Shown here one piece after another: positions 1 through 12,273 of a stretch of 64,000 nt of DNA. Numbering within the stretch: the first letter of the stretch is position 1; every line of letters starts with the position of its first letter. The stretch is from Octopus sinensis. Taxonomy: Eukaryota. The translations under genes were made by a program, and so were the position numbers. The notes below the pieces were generated by a model. It saw only the letters and a list, made by a program, of their open reading frames with translations, was not told the origin of the DNA and did no database searches. The stretch lies in NCBI RefSeq assembly GCF_006345805.1, contig NC_042998.1, forward strand, positions 125,798,001-125,862,000, written 5' to 3'.

Positions 1-626
1 TTTAAAGAATATTTAATTTATCATATTTTACATTTTATATGAGTTCTTGTTTCACATTAGTTTGCTCTTTTTATATTAGACAATGCATTGTCAGTAAGGT
101 ATCAGAGGCAAAGTATTTCTAAACTAAATCCAGGATAATGAATGGACAGGATTTCAACATCCATGGTCATGTAACAAGTTCAGCTAATGTTGTAGCTTCA
201 GCAACTATGGTCTAGTTGAAGCCTCATGATGTTTTTGTTCCTTTGTAAACCAAAGATATCAATATTCTGCTTTGGTGTGCTTGATGAAAAGCTGAGAAGA
301 AGCTGTCTCTGAAGTTGATTCCACTGTACATAACACTGGATCAAATTTAGATATGTTTGTCATTTATTAGTTAATAGAAGGAAGGATGAGAAATACCCAT
401 AGCCTTTGTGTCCTTGTTTTAAGCTGGTACGGTGTTATTTGATGGAAAATTAACTGTTGTTACTGTTTATTGGGAAACAATTGATAAGGAGGGAGTTCTG
501 AAGAAAGGCAAATTTTTTCAGTATGAGGACTAGGGTTAAGACACAGTAGTGGTCATGAAAAGAGAAGTTGTGAACTTTAATCAGTTGGTTTGATAAATAA
601 TTTATTGCAGATCAGAATGTGCATAT

Positions 627-1917
627 GCAGGTCATCCCATAAGTTCTGTCCAATTTTATCTTTTTTAAAATTGAATGAAATTTAATAGTATTTTAGAATG
701 TCTAATGGAATTATTAAAAATTATTTTTATGCATTTGTGTACATTCAAACTAATTAAATATTATTTTACACAATAATATAATTAAAATTTCTTTGATTAA
801 AACCCTTTCTAACATGGAAGTATCCAAAGAGCAGTTGAGGTACATAATGCTTTATGAGTACAAAAAAGGAAACTCTGCAGCTGAAGCGACTCGAAACATA
901 CACTTAGTTTATGGGAAAGAATGCTTGAATGAAAGAACTTGCAGAAGATGGTTTGCAAAGTTCAGAAGTGGAGATTTCAGCCTTGAAGATGAAGATCGAA
1001 CAGGATGTCCAGTTGAGTTTGATGATAAGCTCTTTGAGGCATTACTTGAAAAAAATCCTGCATTATCAGTTGAAGAATTGGCAATAAAGCTTAGTTCAAA
1101 CTATACAACTGTTCATTGTCATCTTCAACAACTTGGAAAGGTTCCTAAACTTGGAAAAAGGATGCCTCATGAATTGTCTGAAAGCAACTGCAAATCCTGA
1201 GTTGACATCTGCTCTTCTCTCCATTCTCACGAACTCATTTCACTCTTTTTGGATAGACTTGTGACTGGTGACGAAAAATGGATCTTCTATCAAAATGTTA
1301 AACATCGTAAACAGTTGCTTGGTAAAAGGGAAAAAGCTCAACCACAACCGAAACGGGAACTTCATTGGAAAAATCTTCTTCTCTCTATCTGGTGGGATTG
1401 CAAAGGAGTGATTCACTTTGAATTGTTACCACCTAATGCAACAATCAATGCTCAAGTCTACTGTCAGTAATTAGAGTGTTTGAACCAAGCTTTGAAGAAA
1501 AAAGACCTGCTTTAGTGAATCGGAAAGGAGCAATGTTTCATCAGTACAATGCACGACTCCACACTGCAAAGATCACATCACAGAAGATCAAAGAGCTTGG
1601 TTGGGAAAAAAATTCTTCATTCATCTTATCCTCCCGACCTTGCTCCATCAGACTACCATTTGTTTCGTAGTTTACAGAATCATTCGGGGGACATAACTTT
1701 TGCAAGCCAGGAGGAGGTCGAAATTGACATTTCAGAGTTCTTCGCTTTGAAGCCAAAGGAGTTTTACATTGATGAGATTAAAAGGCTTGTAAATAGATGG
1801 AAGGAAGCCATAGATAATCAGGGAAAGTACATTGATGATTAAATTTCAATTAAATATAACATTTGATCACTTGTTTTCTTTATTCAAAATTTGGATAGAA
1901 CTTATGGGATGACCTGA
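627..1917 (+). mobile_element. Mariner (DD34D) DNA transposon, decayed full-length copy 1
   Basis: TIRs caggtcatcccataagttctgtcc and ggatagaacttatgggatgacctga, with TA after the right end; about 1.29 kb; transposase motifs inside. Confidence 0.95.
814..1842 (+). pseudogene. Mariner transposase pseudogene
   Basis: HTH region WFAKFRSGDFSLEDEDRTG, then VTGDEKW, LSIWWD, HQYNAR (from HQDNAR) and YPPDLAPSDYHLF. Premature stops at about 1200 and 1470, plus two frameshifts. Confidence 0.93.
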
Positions 1918-2199
1918 TACATGTGTGTAATGTTTCTAATTATGACTATTTGTCTGTATGTGTTTGAGCATGTGTGGTGGTTGTATGATTCCATTTTATT
2001 TTATTGTTGATCATGTTGTTATTTCCTTATGTCTTATCATTGTAGAGACCAGCAAACACAAACCAAGTTAGATGGTTCAAGTTGTGTACCCCGACCACAG
2101 GTATTCCTGGCTGGCTTGCGTGGCTCTGGAATGAAAAAACCAACTGTTCTTACCAAAGTGGATCTTACATTGGACGTCCAGCAGAAATAATAATAAAAT

Positions 2200-2720
2200 A
2201 TTGTTATTGCTAATATTTTCTTACAACTTTATTGTTGTCACATGCTTTCTCTGTTCTACCGAGTGCAGCTCTGACCACTTTGGCTATGTACAGTGTTTCA
2301 TTTTAGATGTTATTTTCTCTTGTGTTGGAAGTAATCTATGTAATACATGCACAGGACTACCTAGAGCCTCTTCCTGTGTTGTGTTTATTTTAAGCCCTGA
2401 GGTTCTGGTTATGTATTTTGTTGTATGTTTTCAGCTTATTCCTAAGATCCCTATTATAATAGGAATTGTTTTTGTTTTATTTCTCCACGCTCTAGCCATA
2501 TCCCTTTCTAGATCTTTATATTTGGATAATTTTCCTATTTCATTTAGATAAACATTATTGTCTGTTGGGACTAATATTTTGATTAGGATTCAATTCTTTT
2601 CTTGATGTTCTCTGGCAACTATTGGGTCTTACTTTATCCAAGTAAATCGAAATCACATATATAATTCAGAACAATTATTCCACTGATAGCTTGAATAATC
2701 TCAAACATCATGTGAAACAT
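2200..2720 (-). mobile_element. Decayed 3' end of an R4/Dong-like RLE non-LTR retrotransposon
   Basis: Manual minus-strand translation gives ..PIVAREHQEKN*ILIKILVPTDNNV..KYKDLERDMARAWRNKTKTIPIIIGILG.., typical of an RLE C-terminus. Confidence 0.7.
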
Positions 2721-3079
2721 GTAATCACTACACCATTATAATAACAAGGTACCACCTTCAAATGTTTATTTTTTTTAATAACTTAAATGACCTTTTAGCA
2801 ACAGAACAATTGCTCCAGTTATCACACGCACACACACACACACATACACACAAAAGAAAACATAGAAAACACACCCACACATACACTCACACACAAACAC
2901 ACACACCTATACACAGTTGGAGACCACACATACACACACACACAGGTGGAGACACTCAAAAGAATACATTTAACCCAAAAGAAAATCCTAATTCTTTCTT
3001 CAACAAGACATTCGTCACAACATACACATCCATCAACACAGCTGGTCACATTTCAAACATTGAAAGGACATTCAAGACA

Positions 3080-3081
<2 letters not shown>

Positions 3082-3162
<81 letters not shown>
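3082..3162. repeat. (CA)n microsatellite
   Basis: Uninterrupted CA run of about 40 units. Confidence 0.98.
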
Positions 3163-3165
<3 letters not shown>

Positions 3166-3390
3166 GTGGACATAAAACCCATTCAATAAATGCTTTTTAG
3201 CCACTCCCTTAGCAGGAACACACAAAAAATTTCTTTTGTACATAGACAACTACACCCCTTCTCTTACTTTCTGACACTTTGAACTCTATACCAAACTATA
3301 TTTAAAGAAGATTTCAACAAACAATCTCCAGACAGAAGATAAACAATTTTTACTTCAAATTTTTATAAACTTTTACTAATATTTGATAAT

Positions 3391-3808
3391 CTTTTATCTT
3401 TTATCTTTTACTTGTTTCAGTCATTTGACTGCGGCCATGCTGGAGCACCGCCTTTAGTCGAGCAAATCGACCCCGGGACTTATTCTTTGTAAGCCCAGTA
3501 CTTATTCTATCGGTCTCTTTTGCCGAACCGCTAAGTGACGGGGACGTAAACACACCAGCATCGGTTGTCAAGCAATGCTAGGGGGACAAACACACAAACA
3601 CACACACACATACACACACATATATATATATATATACATATATACGACAGGCCTCTTTCAGTTTCCGTCTACCAAATCCACTCACAAGGCATTGGTCGGC
3701 CCGGGGCTATAGCAGAAGACACTTGCCCAAGATGCCACACAGTGGGACTGAACCCGGAGCCATGTGGTTGGTTAGCAAGCTACTTACCACACAGCCACTC
3801 CTGCGCCT
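3391..3808 (-). mobile_element. tRNA-derived SINE (octopus OR-type family A)
   Basis: Head (a)ggcgcaggagtggctgtgtggtaag, internal (TA)/(TG) tract and tail cagcatggccgcagtcaaatgactgaaacaagtaaaaga. Homologous copies at 21727 and 43550. Confidence 0.88.
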
Positions 3809-4209
3809 ATGGTGAGATTTATTATAGATAAGGTGAGATTCATTATAGAAACCAGTTATATTTTCTTTATATAATTTTAAAAATCATTTTTATTAAATTC
3901 CTTCTTAAATTGAAATGTCTTAGACTTATTTCTGTGCTATTTCCACCTTCGTCTTATATATATATATATCATCATCATCATCATCGTTTAACGTCCGCTT
4001 TCCGCGCTAGCACGGGTTGGACGGTTCGACCGGGTCTGGGAAGCCAGGGGCCGCTCCAGGCTCCAGTCTGAATCTGGCAGAGTTTCTATGGCTGGATGCC
4101 CTTCCTAACGCCAACCACTCCGTGAGTGGATTGGGTGCTTTTTACGTGCCACCTGCACAGGGGCCGGAGGGTCCGGCATCGTCACGACCGGTTCGAGCAT
4201 TTTAACGTG

Positions 4210-7200
4210 TCAGCGGCACGGGGGCAACGAGGTCCGGGGTACTTTGGGGATCGGGGTACTTTGGGGATCCGGGGTACTTAGAATGGGTAGGGGGTATGTG
4301 GAATTGCTGCAGAAAGCAGCCCGGGTCTTTGTAGTCACAGCATATCTCCAGAGATCTCGGTCCTTCGCCATTGCCTCAGTGAGGCCCAATGCTCTGAGGT
4401 CATGCTTGACCACCTCATTCCATGTCTTCCTGGGTCTACCTCTCCCCCTGATACCTTCAACTGTTTGGGAGTGGCACTTCTTCACACATCTCTCTTCATC
4501 CATCCGCAGCACATGACCATACCATCGCAAGCGTCGCTCTTGCACACCACATCTGATGCTTCTTATATCCAGCATTTCTCTCAGGATACTTACACTCTGT
4601 TTTGCGTGCACACTGACACTACACATCCAGCGGATCATGCTAGCTTCATTTCTTTCAAGTCTACGCATGTCTTCTGCAGTCACAGCCCATGTTTCATTAC
4701 CGTGAAGCATGGCAGTTCGCACACATGCATCATACAATCTACCTTTTGCTCTGAGGGAGAGACCTTTTGTTGCCAGTAGGGGTAGGAGCTTTCTGAACTT
4801 TGCCCAGGCTATTCGTATTCTAGTGGTGATACTCTCTGTGCATCCACCTCCGCTACTAACTTGGTCACCCAGGTAGCGGAAACTATCAACTACTTCTAGT
4901 TTCTCTCCCTGGAGTGTGATGGAATCTGTTTTCTGAGTGTCTGTTGTGTCTATTGTCCCTGTGCATCTGCCGCACATGAAAGCTATCTTATCTGTTAATT
5001 TCCCTTTAATGTTGCTGCACCTCTTATGTGTCCATAACTTACATTGGGTGCATCTTATGGAGTTTCTACCTGTACCTTTCCTACAGGTTGAGCAGGGCCA
5101 CCTACCCGAGGGGATGTGTGCTGAGTACCTCTTGCTGCTTACTAATACTTTGGTCTTTGCTACATTTATTCTAAGGCCCTTTGATTCCAACCCTTGCTTC
5201 CACACCCGAAATTTCTCTTCTAGTTCCGGTAGTGATTCTGCTATGAGAGCTAGGTCATCGGCATAGAGGAGCTCCCAGGGGCATCCCGTTTTGAATTCCT
5301 CTGTTATTGCCTGAAGGACTATGATGAATAAAAGGTGACTGAGGGCTGAGCCCTGGTGCACACCTACTTCTACCCGGAATTCTTCACTATATTCGTTGCC
5401 AATCCTAACCTTGCTGACAGCCTCTCTGTATAGAGCCTGTACAGCCCTTATTAGCCATTCTTCAATCTCCAGTTTCCGCATCGACCACCAGATAAGGGAA
5501 CGGGGAACCCTGTCAAAGGCTTTCTCCAAGTCTACAAAAGCTATGTAGAGGGGTTTATCTTTAGCTAGGTACTTCTCCTGCAGTTGTCGGACCAGGAATA
5601 TAGCATCAGTGGTGCTTCTACCTGGTACAAAACCGAACTGCATTTCATCTAAACAAATTCTCTCCCTAATGAGATGGTTATGACCTTCTCTGAGACCTTC
5701 ATCACCTGGTCCAACAGTTTGATACCTCTGTAGTTATTTCTATCTAGAGCATCACCCTTACCCTTGTAGCAGTTGACTATGGTGCTGCTGCACCAGTCAT
5801 TGGTATGACTCCATTGTGAACTACCTGGTTTACAATGCAGGTGACTATGGCATAGCCCACATAGCCAGCTGTTTTAAGCATCTCAGCAGTGATTCCTGAT
5901 AGGCCAGGGGCTTTGCTTGGTTTCATATCCTTAATTGCCTTATCTACAAGGAGCTGTCTATTCGGGTAGCTGGTCCCTCTACTGGGTCAACATTTGGCAG
6001 GCTCTCCTCCTCCCATTCATTCTCCTCATTCAGCAGTCTTTCATAATGGCTTCTCCAAGCCTCTTTCTTTTCACTAGTAGTAAAAGCAAGTGCCCCATCA
6101 TCCATGCGGACACATTTCTCTCCTATAACATCGCTATTTTCTCTGACACACTGTCTGGCAATCCGAAATACTTCAGCTCTTTGATCCTCGCGACGCTGGA
6201 CATTGGCAAACTTCTTCTTTTCTGCTACATCTTTGGCAATGTATACCTGCCGCCCAGCCTCCCTTTTGGCTATCTGGTACAGTTCCCTGCTGCCCCCATC
6301 CTTCCAGGCTTTCCAGGCCCGTCTCTTTTCACAGATGGCTTTATCTACTGCACTATTCCACCACCACGTAATTCTAGGTCTGGAAGGGACTTTGCACCAT
6401 CCACAGACTTGGTCTGTGGCACTCAACAAGCTGTCCTGTAGGAATTCCCAGCTACCTTCTATGTCTGACGTCTGAAGCTCCTCCTCCCTCTCATCAAATT
6501 TCTTGATGAGTATGTCCCTAACCATGCGAAGGGTTCTTTAGCCTCCAAATCCTTCTTTTCTGGATTGGTTTGTTTCTTGGAGTCCTTCTGGCCTCAAGCT
6601 TAAAGTCACTGATGATTAGTCTATGCTGAGGGATACATTCTTCACCCGGGAGGGTCTTTGTATTCAAGAGCAACCCTGCATCCCGTTGTCTGGTGAGGAT
6701 GAAGTCTATTTGGCTAGCGGAGTCTCCTGACTGATAAGTTATAAGGTGGCAGACTGGCTTCTTGAAGTTAGTGTTGCAGATTGAAAGGTTACATGCATCA
6801 CAGAATTCCAGCAGTCTAGTTCCCTCATCATTTCTGGTGCCAATACCATAGCCACCATGTACCCCAGTGAAGATACCCGATTCCCGCCCAACATGCCCAT
6901 TAAAATCTCCACCTACAAAGATGAGGTCCTTGTTACTAGTCTTTGAAGTAGCCTGCAGAAGGGTATCATAAAAATTGTCCTTCTGATCATTTGGTAGTCC
7001 CGCTTGTGGGGCATAGGCTGAGATAATCATAGCTGTGCCACTCTGTAGGACCAACCTGAGCTTAAGCACTCTATCACAAACCCTGACAACCTCTATGACC
7101 TTATCCACCCATTCCTCCGCAAGGAGAATGCCTACACCCCCTACACCTTCCGCGTTACCTTGCCAGTAGAGTTTGTACCTAAGTGCCTTGCCCGTGAGGA

Positions 7201-7483
7201 CCCTAGCCGAAGCATCTCTCCATCTTACCTCTTGTATGCAGCATACATCAACCTGTCTTCTCTCTAGCATCTCTACAATCTCACTAGACTTGCCTGTCAA
7301 TGTACCAACATTGATAGTGCCAACTCTGAAAACTGGGAAGGAGATGTGGGGGGGACGGGGGGGATTCGGCGCCTGAGAAGAGGAGGGTTGTTGTGGTGGT
7401 GATAGTTTTCGTGGTATTTTTCTTTTGATCTCTCTTCCAACCTGACCACGCCGTGGGCAGGAGCTGGTGTTAGCAGTGGACAT
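4210..7483 (-). pseudogene. LINE ORF2 (APE endonuclease-RT with inserted PHD-like finger), broken by about 4 frameshifts
   Basis: EN motifs: GTINVGTL, CCIQEVRW, ISAYAPQ, GGDFNGHVG, SQIDFIL, QHRL. RT motifs: QFGFVPGRSTTDAIF, FVDLEKAFD, GVHQGSALS, LLYADDL, FRYLG, RLRWYGHV. ORF pieces are 6518-7483, 5944-6525 and 4210-5643. Confidence 0.95.
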
Positions 7484-7867
7484 TCGTTATCGTCACTGAG
7501 TAACGTAATTAGGTAGAGGAAAGAAATACAGATATTCTAGAGTTGAGTTGGGGAGGGGGGTCCAGTTGAGGCGGGTAGTATAGGGGAGCAACCAGTGGGG
7601 AAGGTTGGGGTAAGGAGGAACGATGGCAGGAAGGATTGGTGTAGGTTCGTAAGAAATAAAAACGTAGGATATTACGAGGCGGAAGGGTACTAAAAGGGGA
7701 TGGTTGGATTGAGGCAGTGTCAGGAGGAAGCAAAGATCGGTGGGCAGTTGAGCTATGGCGCTAGCAGCTTGTCTTTTCACAGTGAAAGCATATGAGGAGA
7801 AGGGGTAGTGGGGGGAGGAGGAGGGAGTAGGGCGTATCCGGTGTAGATGGTGAGAACAGGGTATACT

Positions 7868-8090
7868 GGTATTGGTGGTGGGGGTGAGAACAGTGTTCAC
7901 CGGTATTGGTGGTGGCGGTGAGAACAGTGTTCACCGGTATTGGTGGTGGCGGTGAGAACAGTGTTCACCGGTATTGGTGGTGGGGGTGAGAACAGTGTTC
8001 ACCGGTATTGGTGGTGGGGGTGAGAACAGTGTTCACCGGTATTGGTGGTGGGGGTGAGAACAGTGTTCATCGGTATTGGTGGTGGGGGTG
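7868..8090. repeat. 34-bp minisatellite, about 6.5 copies, in the LINE 5' region
   Basis: Unit ggtattggtggtgg(g/c)ggtgagaacagtgttcacc starts at 7868, 7902, 7936, 7970, 8004, 8038 and 8072. Confidence 0.95.
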
Positions 8091-8102
8091 GGGGGCGGGC
8101 GC

Positions 8103-8848
8103 ACCGCCAATGGCGGAAAGATGGGAAAAGATAGGATTACGGCTTGAGGTAGCCTAAGGTTAAATTTCGTAGAGAGAGAGATAGGAAAGATAAATCAAGT
8201 TATGGCGAAGGCTTGAAAGTAGCCTAAAAGGTTAAATTTTCGTAGCGAATTGAGATGGGTAAGACGAATCAAGTTATCAATGTATGAATAAACGTAGTAA
8301 CAACGAATAAAAATAGTAAGATAAATTTTTAAGAACTTGCTGCGGGCATCGACCGGGAGTTGAAATTGAAGAAGAAAGTAAGTTGAATTGGGAGTTTAAA
8401 TTGCAGAATCGTAATGGTAATGGCGATTTTCAAGTTTTAGCATAAGAAGAAGAAGAGGAGGAAAAAAAGACCGCCAATGGCGGAAAGATGGGAAAAGATA
8501 GGATTACGGCTTGAGGTAGCCTAAGGTTAAATTTCGTAGAGAGAGAGATAGGAAAGATAAATCAAGTTATGGCGAAGGCTTGAAAGTAGCCTAAAAGGTT
8601 AAATTTTCGTAGCGAATGAGATGGGTAAGACGAATCAAGTTATCAATGTATGAATAAACGTAGTAACAACGAATAAAAATAGTAAGATAAATTTTTAAGA
8701 ACTTGCTGCGGGCATCGACCGGGAGTTGAAATTGAAGAAGAAAGTAAGTTGAATTGGGAGTTTAAATTGCAGAATCGTAATGGTAATGGCGATTTTCAAG
8801 TTTTAGCATAAGAAGAAGAAGAGGAGGAAAAAAAGACCGCCAATGGCG

Positions 8849-8850
<2 letters not shown>
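8103..8850. repeat. Tandem 366-367 bp monomers (2 full copies plus 15 bp) at the LINE 5' end
   Basis: Units start accgccaatggcgga at 8103, 8470 and 8836. The two full copies differ by one T indel. Confidence 0.95.
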
Positions 8851-8893
<43 letters not shown>

Positions 8894-9276
8894 TTAAACA
8901 AAAATGTTATATCAAATACCATACAACATGAATTCTTGATTTATTAAAATTATCTTCACTTCTAGAGGTTGTGTCACACTTACCAAATGACAATTGAGAC
9001 AAGCTCTAGATGAGAAGGAAAGATAATCTTAAGAATTCCCAAAGTTGACATTCTATTACTGAAAAGGACAGGCTTATTGTCTGGGGATAAGAGAACAGTG
9101 GCAGTCAAGAGTTTTTGCATCAAAAGGCTTCATCAGCTAGACAATTGTACTTTCCTAACTCATTTAACCAAGGGACTTAAACACATGCAAAGAAGAGTAG
9201 AATATATTTATAACCTAGGTAATTTGCATAGTTTAAGAAAAAATCAGATAAGAGAAAAAGTAGTCTGTGGTATGTA

Positions 9277-10090
9277 TGTGATCTGATCAATGAGTATTCG
9301 GACTGTTGCCATAGTAACGAAGCTAAATCATGTAGAATAAAGCCGCTTGGCACAGATTGATCTGGATATCTGCTGCGCATGCACATTAAGTTTTAACATT
9401 CTAGCTCACTTTTGCTGCTTACAGCAGTGCTTGAAAGGAAGGTGTGTAGCATGAGATTGCTGCATTGGACATGACAAAGAAAATTAGTAGAAAATCTGGA
9501 TCATATTTTTTCAAAAGCTTGGCGATACCTGCTCAGTGGTCTATGCAAAGTTTTCAAAAAGTTTTCATTGTTCTCGACACAATCAAGGAGATCTTGTGCA
9601 ATGAAACCCGAGTGTCTTTTTAGTCAGCTGAAAGCAGTTTTAACACAAACTTGGCAGACACGTGTCTCATACCCAAATCTTCAGTGATAATTGACTGGAC
9701 TAAACCGTAACTAATCCGCACACCCTCTGTTCACCTCTCCCAAAACGTTCGTCAATATCGACATTTTTTCGGCCGTCTTGGAAACATCTGAACCACTCGT
9801 ACACTTGTGTGCAGCTAATTCGTTCCTCTCTATACACTTTCTGCAACTTTGCGTAGGCCTCTGAGCATGTATCACCATGATAACTTTCTCTGTCATGGTC
9901 AATGCGACGATCACACGCTACACACCTCCCTTCTAAGCACTGCTGCAATCAGTAGAAGCGAGCTATAACGTTAAGACTTAGTGCGCATGCACAGCAGAGT
10001 TCAAGATCAATCTTTGCTCAGCGGCTTCACTCTCCGTGCTTTAGCTTCGTTACTATGGCAACAGTCCGGATACTTATTGATCAGACCTCG
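9277..10090. mobile_element. Non-autonomous mariner derivative built from two inverted 5' ends
   Basis: Inverted arms of about 280 bp flanked by TA. The minus arm encodes a mariner HTH (SEAYAKLQKVY..QVYEWFRCFQDGRKNVDIDER); the plus arm repeats the same start (KLGDTCSVVYAK). Confidence 0.85.
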
Positions 10091-10985
10091 TATTTGACAA
10101 CATAAACAATTACGGGTATATCAAATACCATACAATGTAAATTCTTGAGAAACTTAGTTTACGCAATTGAAGCAACATTTCCTTAAAATTGCCATCTGTA
10201 TGTCATACTAAATGTATTACATACCCTTAGAAATCATGAAGGTGTGAAATTGCGATAAAATCTCTTCATATTTTGGGTTGTGTTAAAAATACAATATATA
10301 TTGGAGTATGACGAGCATCGTCACTACAGTAACTTACGAGAATGACAGACTCATTTCAACTTTCTTGGGTCTTGTCAATACTGTGCATTTCATTGTCACC
10401 TGCTTAAACAAAATTCGTTCTGTGATATATATAGAAAATAGTGAATAAAACATTCGGCTGGCATTGCAGAAGCTTTCCAGGCTGTAAAAAACTCAGTTTA
10501 CGTAACTGAAACAGCATTAAATTGAAATCGCCATCTGTGACACTCTAAAAATTCTACCGTTTGCTGAATTCCAGATCAGAAATTTTCAGCAAATGCAAAC
10601 ATATGAACAAGTTTCTGTTTCTGTTGAGAACACCACCATCTCCGGGTTGAGCAACTGTATCGCAGACTTTAGACCCCTTCCGTTGATTCTACATCAACTG
10701 GGTTTATGGCTTTATGACCAAAGGGGACTAACTCTAATTCTTCTTGCTTTCCTTCCTTTTTCGTTTCTTTCATCCTTCCACTTTTTGCATTCACCTTCCT
10801 CTCGTTTTTTTTCTAGTGATTTCTCTTGTTCTATTATCCTGATTTGTAACTTGTGTAAGGCGATGTTCCCAGAGCCAGCAGATTACTTGGAGACACTAGG
10901 CGCATTATTAAAACCTGCCTAGAAATAAATCTCCAATGTATGAAACTATTAGTAGCTCATAACTATATACTGTGTACATTAAACA

Positions 10986-11064
<79 letters not shown>

Positions 11065-11067
<3 letters not shown>

Positions 11068-11690
11068 TGATGATCCTCCATCGTGATGACGTGTCCTGCC
11101 CATCGTAACTGTATCTTCGACAGAGTTGTTTCAATGTTGGTGATCTTCGCTTGCTCTAGTACCTCGATGTTAATGACAAAAACACTCCAGTGGTTACTGA
11201 GGGTGATGCGAAGGCAGCGCTCACAGAATCGTTCAAGGAGTCATAGATAGTGCAGATAGATGACCCAAGACGGTGATCAGAACGACGGTTCTGTATACAC
11301 TGATCTTGGTCTTTAGTCTTCTGATAGTTACCATTCTAGACTCTTTCGTACAATCTGGCGAATGGACTGTTTGCCTTGACTAATCTGTTATTCACTTTGT
11401 CGATTTTGACATCTGATGAGATGGTGCATCCTAAGTAAGTGAACTGATTGATTGTCTTCAGTTCCGTCTCCTCGAGGGTAATGCGAGGGTGTGGTATTTA
11501 TACTGTGAGGTGTGTTGATAGAGAACTTCAGTTTTCTTTAGGCAGATTCTACAAGGTAAGACGTGATGCTTTGCAAGGCTATATCTGTGTGGGCAACAAA
11601 GCAGCATCATCAGCAAAAAGTAACTCATGGATAGGTTGTTACAGTGTTGGTGAGATGGGTTGGTATGAGTTTGTAGGCACCTTAGATTGA
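11065..11690 (-). mobile_element. Decayed RTE (BovB-like) RT fragment
   Basis: Manual translation gives ELLFADDAALL, QFTYLGCTISSD, LERFCERCLR and KIQLRW. Confidence 0.8.
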
Positions 11691-11728
11691 AGAGGATGCT
11701 GTATCAGTATGTGAGTGTGTGTGTGTAT

Positions 11729-11765
<37 letters not shown>

Positions 11766-11886
11766 CATACATACATACACCACTTCATATGGCTACTATA
11801 GATAGACCTCCATAATCACTGCCATGTATTACACACTCCTCTTACCGCTACCGTGTAATCTATGTTAACATACATAAACAACGAGG

Positions 11887-11917
<31 letters not shown>

Positions 11918-12160
11918 ATATATATTTATATATTTTTTCAACTGCGGACGTGACAACAAACATGGCAGCGTCTCGTTTGCTCTGGTATGATTGTCACGAT
12001 GCTGGTGGAAGGGTGTGGTGTAAATGTGATGAAATGAGGGAGATTGGGGTGAAGGTAGCTGTTGTCAATGTTGAAGATGGTTGTGGCGTAGGTGTTGGTG
12101 ATTGCGGTGGAGGTTGTGAAAATATGGTACGGGAGTAGTATTGATAGCGATAACAGTTAT

Positions 12161-12192
12161 AGCTGCTGCTGCTGCTCCTCCTCCTCCTCCTC

Positions 12193-12261
<69 letters not shown>

Positions 12262-12273
12262 TTGTTGCTGCTG
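12161..12273. repeat. Compound trinucleotide repeat (CTG)(CTC)(CTA)n
   Basis: Visible directly in the sequence. Confidence 0.95.

Larger units (their letters stand above)
3969..8850 (-). mobile_element. Full-length RTE/RTEX-type LINE
   Basis: APE endonuclease plus RT ORF, 3' (GAT)n tail at about 3969-3984, 5' region with tandem monomers, and (TA)n on both flanks. Confidence 0.93.

Noticed and set aside
4244-7376. Plus-strand ORFs overlapping the LINE
   Set aside because: They are antisense shadows of ORF2 with no independent motifs.
7493-7900. Pro-rich 135-aa ORF as a LINE ORF1
   Set aside because: It has a GTG start inside a frame-breaking minisatellite and no recognisable domain.
7868-8090. 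Regular 34-bp repeats resembling a CRISPR array
   Set aside because: The units are head-to-tail with no unique spacers, there are no cas genes and the context is eukaryotic.
10593-10922. 109-aa ORF and a K/E-rich antisense frame, as an exon or processed pseudogene
   Set aside because: No recognisable homology; the composition is explained by a purine/pyrimidine-biased tract.
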